From positions 1-60,620 of the forward strand of contig CAYFME010000005.1 of the NCBI GenBank assembly GCA_964344145.1: a DNA stretch of 60,620 nt, in the 5' to 3' direction. Source of the stretch: an uncultured Gammaproteobacteria bacterium. Its GTDB lineage: Bacteria; Patescibacteriota; Patescibacteriia; UBA9934. A program made the translations under genes and the position numbers. Below, one piece after another: positions 44,371 to 53,211 of this stretch (positions within the stretch are counted from its first letter, which is position 1; each line of letters starts with the position of its first letter). The notes under the pieces were generated by a model. It was not told the DNA's origin. It saw only the letters and a list, made by a program, of their open reading frames with translations, and made no database searches.

Positions 44371-45419
44371 TCGAACCGTTCATCATCGGAAAGATTCTTG
44401 CGCTGACGACGATTTCGTTTGTGTTGGCTGTGCTGCTTACGCCGGCGTGGACGCATGTGCTGTACAAGTACAAGATGGGAAAGTCGTTGCGTGACAAGAA
44501 GAAGGCGCCGATTTTTCACAAGATGCATGCGAGCAAAGAGGGTACGCCTACGATGGGCGGTGTGCTCATTTGGGGGACGGTACTTGCGACGGTTGCGATT
44601 TTTTACCTCCTGTCTTACGTCGACCCAACAGGTATCTTCGGTCAGATGAACTTTCTTTCGCGTGGAGAGACGCTGTTGCCACTGGGGGCGCTCGTGGCGG
44701 CGGGTTTGATTGGTTTGGCTGACGACTTTTTCAATGTGAAACGCATTGGAACCAATGGTGGCGGCATCGATATCCGTCATCGACTCCTGTTGTTTCTCAT
44801 CATTGCGGCAATCGGTGCGTGGTGGTTTTACTTTAAGTTGGACTGGGACTTGCTGCACATTCCGTTTCTCGGATCGTATAACATCGGCTGGTGGTACATT
44901 CCGTTGTTTATCTTAGTGATCGTTGCGACGTCGTTTTCTGTAAACCAAACGGACGGGTTGGACGGGTTAGCCGGCGGATCACTTGTGTCGTCGTTTGGAG
45001 CGTTGACATTTGTCGCTATTTTCCAAGAGCGCTACGAACTTGCGGCTTTCTGTGGCGTGATCATGGGAGCGTTAATCGCGTTTCTGTGGTTCAACATTTA
45101 TCCCGCTCGTTTCTTTATGGGTGACACAGGATCGATGTCCCTGGGTGTAACCCTTGGAATCGTCGCGATGCTCACAAACACGGCGTTGTTTTTGCCGGTG
45201 ATTGGTCTTGTGTTTGTGATTGAGGCCGTTTCTACCATCATTCAACTTGTTTCGAAAAAGCTTTGGAAGAAAAAGATTTTTAAAGTCGCCCCCATTCATC
45301 ACCATTACGAAGCCCTCGGCTGGCCTGAGCCGAAGGTGGTGATGAGATTCTGGCTGGTCTCGTGGATCGCGGCGGCACTGGGAATCATTTTGTTCCTGCT
45401 CGATCTAGCCCTCTCGTAG
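44367..45419 (+). CDS. mraY: Phospho-N-acetylmuramoyl-pentapeptide transferase
   Basis: Supporting motifs are KEGTPTMGGVLIW, NQTDGLDGLAGG, MGDTGSMSLG and APIHHHYE. Confidence 0.9.
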   Translation: MIEPFIIGKILALTTISFVLAVLLTPAWTHVLYKYKMGKSLRDKKKAPIFHKMHASKEGTPTMGGVLIWGTVLATVAIFYLLSYVDPTGIFGQMNFLSRGETLLPLGALVAAGLIGLADDFFNVKRIGTNGGGIDIRHRLLLFLIIAAIGAWWFYFKLDWDLLHIPFLGSYNIGWWYIPLFILVIVATSFSVNQTDGLDGLAGGSLVSSFGALTFVAIFQERYELAAFCGVIMGALIAFLWFNIYPARFFMGDTGSMSLGVTLGIVAMLTNTALFLPVIGLVFVIEAVSTIIQLVSKKLWKKKIFKVAPIHHHYEALGWPEPKVVMRFWLVSWIAAALGIILFLLDLALS

Positions 45420-45422
45420 CAC

Positions 45423-46523
45423 ATGGCATCAAAAGGACAGGTTGATCGCGTCTTCTTGGCCTACATTCTGGGCCTTCTTGTTTTTGGGCTGATCATGTTA
45501 ACCAGCGCCTCTGGTCCGCTTGGCTACGATCGGTTTGGCGACAGCTATTATTTTCTCAAACATCAGTTGATACAGGGGGCGTTGCCAGGGATCGCTGTCC
45601 TCGTGATCGCATCTAAGATCAAGTATCAAGCGTACAAGAAGCATGCGTTTTTGCTGCTTGTTGTTTCGATTGTCCTGCTTGTATTGGTTTTCATTCCCGG
45701 CATTGGTACGGATTTTGGGACGTTTGCAAACTCTTGGGTGCAAATCGGATCATTCTCGTTTCAGCCGTCGGAGATTGTGAAGCTGACGTTCTTTTTGTAC
45801 TTGGCCGCGTGGATGGTTGAGCGGAGTCATGGCGAGATCCACGACGTGCGCGCTGGGCTAATGCCGTTTTTGATTATCTTGGGCATCATTACCATATTAA
45901 TGATGTTGCAACCCGACCTCGGAACGCTGTCCATTATCGCCTCCGTGTCGTTTATCATGTATTTTGTAGCAGGGGGGCCGCTGCGTCATTTGCTTGGGCT
46001 TGGTGCGCTTTGTCTTGGTGCGTTTGCGATTGCGATCAAGGCATCGCCGTATCGCGCGGCGCGTTTGATGACGTTCCTGCATCCAGAGCTCGATCCGCAG
46101 GGCATTGGGTACCAGATTAACCAGGCGTTGTTAGCGATTGGCTCAGGCGGCATCTTCGGCCGCGGTTACGGTCATTCGCTGCAGAAGTTTCAATACTTGC
46201 CAGAGGTCGTAGGGGACTCGATCTTTGCGGTGATGGCCGAGGAGCTGGGATTTGTCTTTACCCTTCTGTTCATCGCAGCGTTTCTGGGGATGCTGCTGCG
46301 CGGGCTGGATATTGCCAAGGGCGCGAAAGATCGATTTGGAAAATACCTCGTGGTCGGTATCATCTCGTGGTTCGGCGTACAGGCGTTTGTGAATATCGGC
46401 GCGATCGTTGGTGTGATGCCACTGACGGGTGTGCCATTGCCGTTTATGAGTTACGGAGGAACGGCATTGGTGGTATCGCTCGCCGCCGCAGGAGTCGTCT
46501 TAAATGTTTCAAAACAATCATGA
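45423..46523 (+). CDS. ftsW: SEDS-family peptidoglycan polymerase (FtsW/RodA)
   Basis: It has about 10 TM segments. Supporting motifs are FQPSEIVKL and LPEVVGDSIFAVMAEELG, plus the dcw context. Confidence 0.85.
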   Translation: MASKGQVDRVFLAYILGLLVFGLIMLTSASGPLGYDRFGDSYYFLKHQLIQGALPGIAVLVIASKIKYQAYKKHAFLLLVVSIVLLVLVFIPGIGTDFGTFANSWVQIGSFSFQPSEIVKLTFFLYLAAWMVERSHGEIHDVRAGLMPFLIILGIITILMMLQPDLGTLSIIASVSFIMYFVAGGPLRHLLGLGALCLGAFAIAIKASPYRAARLMTFLHPELDPQGIGYQINQALLAIGSGGIFGRGYGHSLQKFQYLPEVVGDSIFAVMAEELGFVFTLLFIAAFLGMLLRGLDIAKGAKDRFGKYLVVGIISWFGVQAFVNIGAIVGVMPLTGVPLPFMSYGGTALVVSLAAAGVVLNVSKQS

Positions 46524-47596
46524 GTGAAGCTCCAAAGATTCTCTTGTCCGGCGGAGGGACGCTGGGACCGGTGACACCACTACTCGCTGTGGTGGAGGTT
46601 TGGCGTGAGAGTGGTGTGGCAGCAGAATTTGCGTGGGTAGGAACCAAGCGTGGTCCGGAACGCGCGCTTGTGGAAGCATCGCGCATTCCGTTTCACACGC
46701 TGAGGGCTCCCAAGCTGGATCGACATCGATGGTGGAAGTGGCCAGCTATTCCGTTTACGATGGCATGGAGTTTATATCGTGCGTGGAAACTGCTGCGTGA
46801 AATCGAGCCGGATGTGGTGATGAGCGCGGGTGGATATGTGAGCGTACCGCTTGTGATGATGGCACGATTGATGGGCATGAACGTATGGATTCATCAGCTG
46901 GACCGTGTGCCGGGACTGGCGAATCGTCTGATGGCACCGTTTGCGCATCGCGTGAGCGTAACGCTCGACGAAAGTCTCGAATCATTTTCAGAAAAAAAAC
47001 GCCTCGACGTTGGCGGGGTCGTTCGACCGCAGATGTGGCAAGGCGATGTGGAGAAAGCGCGTGAGCGGTTTGGTCTCAAAAAAATCGACGATCGACCAAC
47101 GCTGTTGGTATTTGGTGGAGGGACAGGCGCTGAGTCATTGAACGAGATGATCGCGGCTATTGGCCCCGACCTTGTTCAGATCGCTGATGTTGTGCACCTA
47201 TCCGGGAAAGGTAAGTTGCGTTCAGCGTATGAACAGATTAGCGATCGCTACGTTGCTCTCGAGTTTCTGGGCGCGGGCATGGCAGACGCACTGGCACTTG
47301 CGGACATTGTTGTGGGTCGAGCTGGGATGGGGACGATTATGGAGCTCGCGGCACTCAAAAAGCCAAGCGTCATTATTCCGCTGCACAACACCGATCAGCT
47401 TGGCAATGCACAGCTTCTTGAAGATCGTCAAGCCGCAAAGATTCTGCGCACGATCAATCCACAGATACTCAAACAAGAAATCGAACATCTCATTGACGAT
47501 CCGTCCGAACGCCGCGCCTTCAGTCGTCGGATCGGTATGTTGTTCTCACCGCGAGGCGCTGAGAGGATCGTCCAGGAGGTGATGAAGATGTTGTAG
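46520..47596 (+). CDS. murG: UDP-N-acetylglucosamine--lipid I transferase
   Basis: An ATGA overlap links it to ftsW. Supporting motifs are ILLSGGGTLGPVTP and VVGRAGMGTIMELAALKKPSVIIP. Confidence 0.9.
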   Translation: MSEAPKILLSGGGTLGPVTPLLAVVEVWRESGVAAEFAWVGTKRGPERALVEASRIPFHTLRAPKLDRHRWWKWPAIPFTMAWSLYRAWKLLREIEPDVVMSAGGYVSVPLVMMARLMGMNVWIHQLDRVPGLANRLMAPFAHRVSVTLDESLESFSEKKRLDVGGVVRPQMWQGDVEKARERFGLKKIDDRPTLLVFGGGTGAESLNEMIAAIGPDLVQIADVVHLSGKGKLRSAYEQISDRYVALEFLGAGMADALALADIVVGRAGMGTIMELAALKKPSVIIPLHNTDQLGNAQLLEDRQAAKILRTINPQILKQEIEHLIDDPSERRAFSRRIGMLFSPRGAERIVQEVMKML

Positions 47597-47620
47597 GGAC
47601 AAGGCGCGCCTTGTCCCTAC
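47593..47620. terminator. 28-nt perfect palindrome at murG stop
   Basis: The sequence is GTAGGGACAAGGCGCGCCTTGTCCCTAC. Confidence 0.55.
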
Positions 47621-47626
47621 GGCAAA

Positions 47627-47658
47627 CAAAAAAGAGATCGTTTCCGATCCCTTTTTTG
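47627..47658. terminator. Bidirectional intrinsic terminator
   Basis: CAAAAAAGAGATCG-TTTC-CGATCCCTTTTTTG has A and T runs on both sides. Confidence 0.6.
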
Positions 47659-47666
47659 ATATCAGT

Positions 47667-47846
47667 TTACGCAGCTGGTGCGTCTCCGCCACCTTCGGCT
47701 GGTGCCTCTGGTGCAGCCTCTGGTGCTGCTGCTTCGCCACCCTCTGCAGGTGCCTCAGCTGGTGCTTCTGCTGCTGGTGCTGGAGCACAGTTAGGGCAAA
47801 GACCCTCACCGTCGAACTCAGCACTACATCCTGTACAAACTCCCAT
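47667..47846 (-). CDS. 59-aa zinc-ribbon (CxxC...CxxC) protein with Ala/Pro/Glu low-complexity tail (below ORF-track cutoff)
   Basis: Hand translation gives MGVCTGCSAEFDGEGLCPNCAPAPAAEAPAEAPAEGGEAAAPEAAPEAPAEGGGDAPAA. It has its own house-style promoter and terminator, but no clear SD. Confidence 0.5.
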   Translation of the reverse strand: MGVCTGCSAEFDGEGLCPNCAPAPAAEAPAEAPAEGGEAAAPEAAPEAPAEGGGDAPAA

Positions 47847-47877
47847 AGTTGATAGAAGTTACTTGAATTACAGATAC

Positions 47878-47906
47878 AGTTTAGAAACGTTGGTGATTTT
47901 TGTCAA
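47878..47906 (-). promoter_or_regulatory. Promoter for the zinc-ribbon gene
   Basis: Minus strand reads TTGACA (47906-01), a 17-nt spacer, then TAAACT (47883-78). Confidence 0.55.
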
Positions 47907-47913
47907 AGAAACA

Positions 47914-47944
47914 AATAAACAGCCGTGCAAGACAGCTGTTTATT
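47914..47944 (-). terminator. Terminator after tRNA-Lys
   Basis: AATAAACAGC / GCTGTTTATT forms a 10-bp stem, followed on the minus strand by TGTTTCTTTG. Confidence 0.5.
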
Positions 47945-48019
47945 GGTCCGCCGAGGAGGACTCGAACCTCCGACCCCGGGCTTAAAAGGCCCTTGCTCTA
48001 CCAACTGAGCTATCGGCGG
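47944..48019 (-). tRNA. tRNA-Lys (anticodon UUU), CCA encoded
   Basis: I folded the cloverleaf by hand: acceptor CCGCCGA/TCGGCGG, D arm GCTC-AGTTGGTA-GAGC, anticodon loop CTTTTAA, T arm GGAGG-TTCGAGT-CCTCC, then ACCA. Confidence 0.9.
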
Positions 48020-48061
48020 GCGCCGAATTTATAGCATGATCGAGAAGGAAAATCAACCCTC

Positions 48062-48070
48062 TGCTATACT
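48062..48070 (+). promoter_or_regulatory. Extended -10 element TGcTATACT
   Basis: It lies 6 nt upstream of GTG 48077. There is no good -35 and no SD. Confidence 0.4.
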
Positions 48071-48076
48071 ACAGAC

Positions 48077-49189
48077 GTGCGTATTGCCATGATCGGACAA
48101 AAAGGCGTTGTGGTTGGCGAACGCGGCGGGGGCATTGAGCGACATGTCGCAGAGCTCTCGCGGCGTTTGGTTAGCGCTGGACATGATGTCACCGTTTACG
48201 CTCGCGCAAAGTATGACCCCGATATGCCTGAGAACTTCGAGGGTGTGAAGCTTGTGTATCTACCGACCATCTACTCCAAAAATCTCGAAGCGATTTTGCA
48301 TACATTCTTTTCAACCATCCACGCGCTTCGGCAAGGGTATGACGTTATTCACTATCACGGCGTTGGTCCGTCGACCCTTGCATGGATCCCGCGGCTCTTT
48401 GCACGTGAGTCTACCATCGTCACCACGTTTCACTCGCAAGACCGTTTTCACAAGAAGTGGGGATTCTTCGCGCGGATGTATCTCACCTTTGGAGAATGGG
48501 CGGCGGTGCGCTTTCCACATTTTTGCATTACGGTCTCTCATGTCCTGCAAGTCTACTGTCGCGAACGCTTAGGTCGTGAGACAGTATATATTCCAAATGG
48601 AGCAGAGATGAAAAACGTTCAGAGCTCAGATCAACTGGAACGTTTCGGCCTTTCACCTCAGTCGTACATTCTTAATGTGGGGCGATTGGTCCCTCAAAAA
48701 GGTATCCACCTTTTAATTGAGGCCTTTAGAACACTCGACACCGACAAACAACTTGTGATCGTTGGTGCCCCAAGTTTCTCCAAAGGATACTACCAGCAAC
48801 TCCGAGATCTAGCGGAAGGGGACGATCGCATTCATTTTCTTGGGTATCAGGAAGGTGACACCCTTGACCAGCTGTATGCATACGCTGCCTTCTACGTCCA
48901 TCCTTCAGAGTCTGAAGGGTTGCCGCTTACAGTGCTCGAGGCGATGAGCTATGGACTCGCACCGCTCGTTTCAGATATTCCTGCCAACATGGAGGCGTTG
49001 CATCATACGGGCTTTACATTTCCGTCCGGCAACGTTGATGCATTGCGTGAGGCCCTTGTTCGGCTTTTGCAGCATCCGCAGATCGTTCAAGAGCAATCAG
49101 AGGAGGTGCGCGCCGTGATTGAAGTGGAGTTTAATTGGGAAATGATTGCACAGCATACGGAATCCGTTTATGTCACAGCTCGACATTAA
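48077..49189 (+). CDS. GT4-family glycosyltransferase (paralog of 3574-4734)
   Basis: (M)RIAMIGQKGVVVGERGGGIERHV parallels the paralog N-terminus, and HPSESEGLPLTVLEAMSYGLAPLVSD is the C-terminal motif. The start is GTG 48077, with ATG 48089 as an alternative. Confidence 0.85.
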   Translation: MRIAMIGQKGVVVGERGGGIERHVAELSRRLVSAGHDVTVYARAKYDPDMPENFEGVKLVYLPTIYSKNLEAILHTFFSTIHALRQGYDVIHYHGVGPSTLAWIPRLFARESTIVTTFHSQDRFHKKWGFFARMYLTFGEWAAVRFPHFCITVSHVLQVYCRERLGRETVYIPNGAEMKNVQSSDQLERFGLSPQSYILNVGRLVPQKGIHLLIEAFRTLDTDKQLVIVGAPSFSKGYYQQLRDLAEGDDRIHFLGYQEGDTLDQLYAYAAFYVHPSESEGLPLTVLEAMSYGLAPLVSDIPANMEALHHTGFTFPSGNVDALREALVRLLQHPQIVQEQSEEVRAVIEVEFNWEMIAQHTESVYVTARH

Positions 49190-51737
49190 TCTTAAGACGA
49201 ATCAAGACGTCTTTTCTTGGTCCACGCACTCAGTCGCCGACGTCTTTGCTGAGCTGGACACGAGCTCGCAGGGCCTTGCGCCCGAGCAGGCGAGGGAACG
49301 ATTGAAAGAAGGGCGCAACGAATTACCAAAAAAGCCACCGGCCTCGGCGGTTCGGTTGTTTTTTGATCAACTCGCAAGTCCGTTGATGGCGATTTTGGTC
49401 GTGGCTGGGCTCATGAGTGCGTTTTTGGGCGAGTGGTTAGATGCCAGTGTGATTATCATCGCCGTACTGCTTAATGCGGTTCTAGGGTTTTTTGAAGAGT
49501 ACAAGGCAGATCGATCGCTCGAAGAGCTGAGTGCCTTTTTGCCAGAGCAAGCGCGCGTGCGTCGTGGTGGAGCGGTGATGTTGATTGATGCGCGCGAGAT
49601 TGTTCCTGGAGACATCATGGTGTTGCAAACGGGTGACAAGATTACAGCCGACGGCCGTTTGACAGTTGCGCGATCGATCGAGGTGAATGAGGCGCCACTA
49701 ACGGGTGAGTCCAATCCGGTGAAGAAGGACACGAGTACGATGACGCAAGTACTGCCTGTCACGGATCAATCGAACATGGTGTTTGCAGGAACGGTATTGG
49801 TAGCCGGTCGTGGTGAGTATGTTGTGACCTCCACGGGTCAGCACACGCAGATTGGTCAGATTTCCGATCTTGTTGCTGGCGTCAAAGAGGACCCAACGCC
49901 GTTACAACAACAGTTGACGCATTTTGCACGTTTTCTTGGCGTGGCTGTGCTTATTCTTGCGGCAATCGTGTTTGGCGTTGGGATGTGGCGTGGGTTTGAA
50001 GCGGCGGAGATGTTCCAGGTATCCGTTGCGTTGGCCGTCTCTGCGGTACCTGAAGGACTAATCGTTGCCATGACCGTCATCTTAGCCATCGGTATGCAGC
50101 GCATCTTGAAACGCAAGGCGCTTGTACGTCGGCTTGTTGGTGCCGAAACGTTGGGAAGCGTGTCTGTCATCTGCATGGACAAAACGGGAACGCTCACAAC
50201 GGGTGAGATGGAAGTTGTATTGTTTGAAGGTGATGAAGAACGTTTGAGGCAAATCATGGCGATCACAAGTACGGCAACACAAGAGAACGAACGGTTTTCT
50301 GGATCGCCGACGGAAATTGCCATGGCTCGCGCGGTAGAACAGGTGGCCGCTGGTGGTGCGCGTACGCTGCACGAGTTGCCGTTTGATTCGGCACGTAAGT
50401 TTAAGGCCGCGCGCGTGGAGGAGGATGGAGAGAAGAAGCTTTTGGTGGTCGGTGCTCCGGAGATGTTGTTTGAGCGGTTGGATGTGAGTGATCCGGTCCG
50501 CGCGCAGTGGTCCGCGCGTTCAGAAGAATTGGCCGCCCAGGGTCTACGCGTTTTATTGATATGTGAGCGCGCTGACACCGGAAGCGATCAGAGTTTGTTG
50601 CCAGAGATGATTATCGATTTGTCGGTCGTTGGTCTGATTGGTTTGGAAGATCCGTTGCGCGCATCATCTCGCGAGACGGTTCACAAGGCGCAACTTGCTG
50701 GGCTACGACCAGTAATGATCACCGGTGATCATCCGGAAACCGCGCTCGTGATTGCAAGGCGTGTCGGATTAGCTCAAGAGATGGAAGAAGTGATCACTGG
50801 CACGGCCTTGGATGACATGCACGATGAAGAGCTGGCTACACGCATTAATGATCTTTTTGTTTTCGCACGCGTACTGCCGCGTCACAAGCTCCGCCTTGTG
50901 CGCGCGTGGCAAGATGCGGGCGCATCGGTCGCCATGATCGGTGATGGAGTAAACGATGCCCCTGCAATGAAAGCGGCGGACATTGGCGTCGCCCTTGGAT
51001 CCGGCACAGCTGTCACCAAAGAGACAGCAGACATGGTGTTGCTTGATAATCACTTCAAGACAATCGTTGCCGCCATTCGCGAGGGCCGCATCATGTTCGA
51101 CAACATCCGCAAGATGATCGTGTACCTTCTCTCTGACAGCTTCAGCGAGATTATTCTGATTCTGGCCGCTCTTATCATGAGTATCCCGTTACCAATTTTG
51201 CCAGCACAAATTCTTTGGATCAACTTGGTGACCGACGGCTTCTCTAGTATTGCCCTCACGTTCGAGCCGGGTGAGGACGGGGTGATGCGCGAACCGCCGC
51301 GCAAGAAGCGTGAGCCGTTGCTAAACTTGGAAATGAAAGTGATCATTTTTGTGATCGGTATCGTAACGGATTTGCTCCTATTGGGAGTCTACTTGTACAT
51401 GATGCATCTCGATGTCGCATCACTCGAACACATCAGGACCTTTATCTTTGCGGCACTTGGTATGGATTCGTTGCTGTATGTTTTTGCTGTGCGCAAGTTC
51501 CGCACGAGCATCATCCACTCGAACCCATTTGAGAACAGATGGTTGCTGGTTGGAACGGGTGTGGGCTTCCTCTTCCTGCTGATGCCGATGTTCATCCCAC
51601 CACTCAAAGCGGCCTTTGGCTTCACGTCACTCACGGGCTTTGAATGGCTTGCGATTGTTAGCCTAGGACTGGTGAACCTTCTATTGATTGAGCTGGTGAA
51701 GGGAGTCTTTATCCGTTTACATCGACCAGCGACATAG
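49170..51737 (+). CDS. P-type cation-transporting ATPase (type II, Ca2+/Mg2+-like)
   Basis: Supporting motifs are TGES, VPEGL, ICMDKTGTLT, MITGDHPETA and GDGVNDAPAMKAADIGVA. The start is either 49146 or 49170. Confidence 0.9.
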   Translation: MSQLDINLKTNQDVFSWSTHSVADVFAELDTSSQGLAPEQARERLKEGRNELPKKPPASAVRLFFDQLASPLMAILVVAGLMSAFLGEWLDASVIIIAVLLNAVLGFFEEYKADRSLEELSAFLPEQARVRRGGAVMLIDAREIVPGDIMVLQTGDKITADGRLTVARSIEVNEAPLTGESNPVKKDTSTMTQVLPVTDQSNMVFAGTVLVAGRGEYVVTSTGQHTQIGQISDLVAGVKEDPTPLQQQLTHFARFLGVAVLILAAIVFGVGMWRGFEAAEMFQVSVALAVSAVPEGLIVAMTVILAIGMQRILKRKALVRRLVGAETLGSVSVICMDKTGTLTTGEMEVVLFEGDEERLRQIMAITSTATQENERFSGSPTEIAMARAVEQVAAGGARTLHELPFDSARKFKAARVEEDGEKKLLVVGAPEMLFERLDVSDPVRAQWSARSEELAAQGLRVLLICERADTGSDQSLLPEMIIDLSVVGLIGLEDPLRASSRETVHKAQLAGLRPVMITGDHPETALVIARRVGLAQEMEEVITGTALDDMHDEELATRINDLFVFARVLPRHKLRLVRAWQDAGASVAMIGDGVNDAPAMKAADIGVALGSGTAVTKETADMVLLDNHFKTIVAAIREGRIMFDNIRKMIVYLLSDSFSEIILILAALIMSIPLPILPAQILWINLVTDGFSSIALTFEPGEDGVMREPPRKKREPLLNLEMKVIIFVIGIVTDLLLLGVYLYMMHLDVASLEHIRTFIFAALGMDSLLYVFAVRKFRTSIIHSNPFENRWLLVGTGVGFLFLLMPMFIPPLKAAFGFTSLTGFEWLAIVSLGLVNLLLIELVKGVFIRLHRPAT

Positions 51738-51753
51738 CTATACTAGGAGCACT

Positions 51754-53211
51754 ATGGATCTATCGAATATTAAGAATTTTCAAGATGCTGTCGTTACGGT
51801 GATGGGTCTTGGGCGCTATGAGCAAGGGAGTGGAATGGGCGCTGCAAAGTGGCTGATGCGTCATGGTGCGCAGACGTTGGTGACCGACTTGAAAGATGAA
51901 ACGGAGCTGGAAGAATCGATGAATCTCATTATGGGGTTCTACGAAGAGTATCGAGAGAAATATCCGGATCGAACGATTTATCAACCCGTGTTTATTCTTG
52001 GAGAGCATCGTCGAGATGATTTCCTTGAGGCAGACTGCATCGTAATGAATCCGGGCGTGCCATCGGACTCGGAGTTTATTGTCGCGGCAAAAGAGGCGGG
52101 CGTATCGATTGAGTCGGATGTCAGTTTGTTCTTCCGCTATTGTCCGTTTCCGATTTTGGCCGTGACCGGTACAAAGGGCAAGACAACAACCACGAAGATG
52201 CTCGGCGAGATGATGAAGAAGACGGATGAGAATACGATCGTCGCTGGAAACGTCGGCGTCTCACCGCTGGAGTTTCTTGATGATCTTCTGGAAGGTGGCA
52301 AGGAGCGCAAGATTGTGATCGAGCTGTCATCGTGGTTGCTTGAGAGTCTGCCACCAGCATTTCGTGAGATGGGAAAGGGGCCGGATATTGCCGTGCTTAC
52401 GAACGTGTTTCCAGATCACCTCAACCGGTATCATTCGTTTGGCGACTATGTTCATTCCAAAGAGATTATCTTTGAATGGCAATCGCCCGAGCAGCACACG
52501 GTCCTCAACTGGGATCAGGAGACCGTTCGGTTTATGGAAGAGAAGGTCAAGGCAAAGTTGTCGTGGTGTTCGCAATCGTATCAAGATCATGATGGCTGCT
52601 TTGTGAAGGATGGACAGATCGTCTGGCGTCATGACGGAAATGAAGAGGTTGTGGTGCCGGTTGCCGAGGTAGCGCTTAAGGGCGATCACAACATGGAGAA
52701 TGTGTTGACGTCTGTATGTGCCGCGGCATTGCGTGGTGTTGATCTGGAGTCGATCGCGGCTGTCGTCCGAACATTCGAAGGTGTTTCAGATAGACAAGAG
52801 TTAGTTCGCGAGGTGGATGAGATCTCGTACGTCAACGACACAACGGCAACAAACCCAGATGCGGTCATTGCCGCACTCAAACGTTTTGGGGCTGACGGCG
52901 ATATCATCTTGATTGCCGGTGGACAAAACAAAGAACTCGAGTATCAAACAATGGCTGACGAGGTCGCGAAGACGTGTAAGCACGTGGTTTTGTTTGACGG
53001 TGATGCGTCCGATTTGTTTGAGAAAGCGCTTGGTGATCGTGTGCCAATTAGTAAAGACATTGCGAGCATGGAAGCGGCTGTTCAAACGGCAAAGTCGTTG
53101 GCGGCAAAGGGAGATATTGTGTTGCTCTCGCCAGGCGCGGCAAGCTTCAACATGTTTAAGAATGAGTTTGATCGCGGTGAGCAGTTCCGCGAGGAAGTCA
53201 GAAAGTTGTAA
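51754..53211 (+). CDS. murD: UDP-N-acetylmuramoylalanine--D-glutamate ligase
   Basis: Supporting motifs are VTVMGLGRYEQGSG, AVTGTKGKTTTT and the C-terminal SPGAASFNMFKNEFDRGEQF. Confidence 0.9.
   Translation: MDLSNIKNFQDAVVTVMGLGRYEQGSGMGAAKWLMRHGAQTLVTDLKDETELEESMNLIMGFYEEYREKYPDRTIYQPVFILGEHRRDDFLEADCIVMNPGVPSDSEFIVAAKEAGVSIESDVSLFFRYCPFPILAVTGTKGKTTTTKMLGEMMKKTDENTIVAGNVGVSPLEFLDDLLEGGKERKIVIELSSWLLESLPPAFREMGKGPDIAVLTNVFPDHLNRYHSFGDYVHSKEIIFEWQSPEQHTVLNWDQETVRFMEEKVKAKLSWCSQSYQDHDGCFVKDGQIVWRHDGNEEVVVPVAEVALKGDHNMENVLTSVCAAALRGVDLESIAAVVRTFEGVSDRQELVREVDEISYVNDTTATNPDAVIAALKRFGADGDIILIAGGQNKELEYQTMADEVAKTCKHVVLFDGDASDLFEKALGDRVPISKDIASMEAAVQTAKSLAAKGDIVLLSPGAASFNMFKNEFDRGEQFREEVRKL

Noticed and set aside
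47546-47985. ORFs 47611-47985 (plus) and 47546-47824 (minus).
   Set aside because: The plus ORF runs through two terminators, the antisense of the zinc-ribbon gene and the tRNA-Lys gene. The minus ORF is an out-of-frame shadow of the Ala/Pro/Glu repeat.
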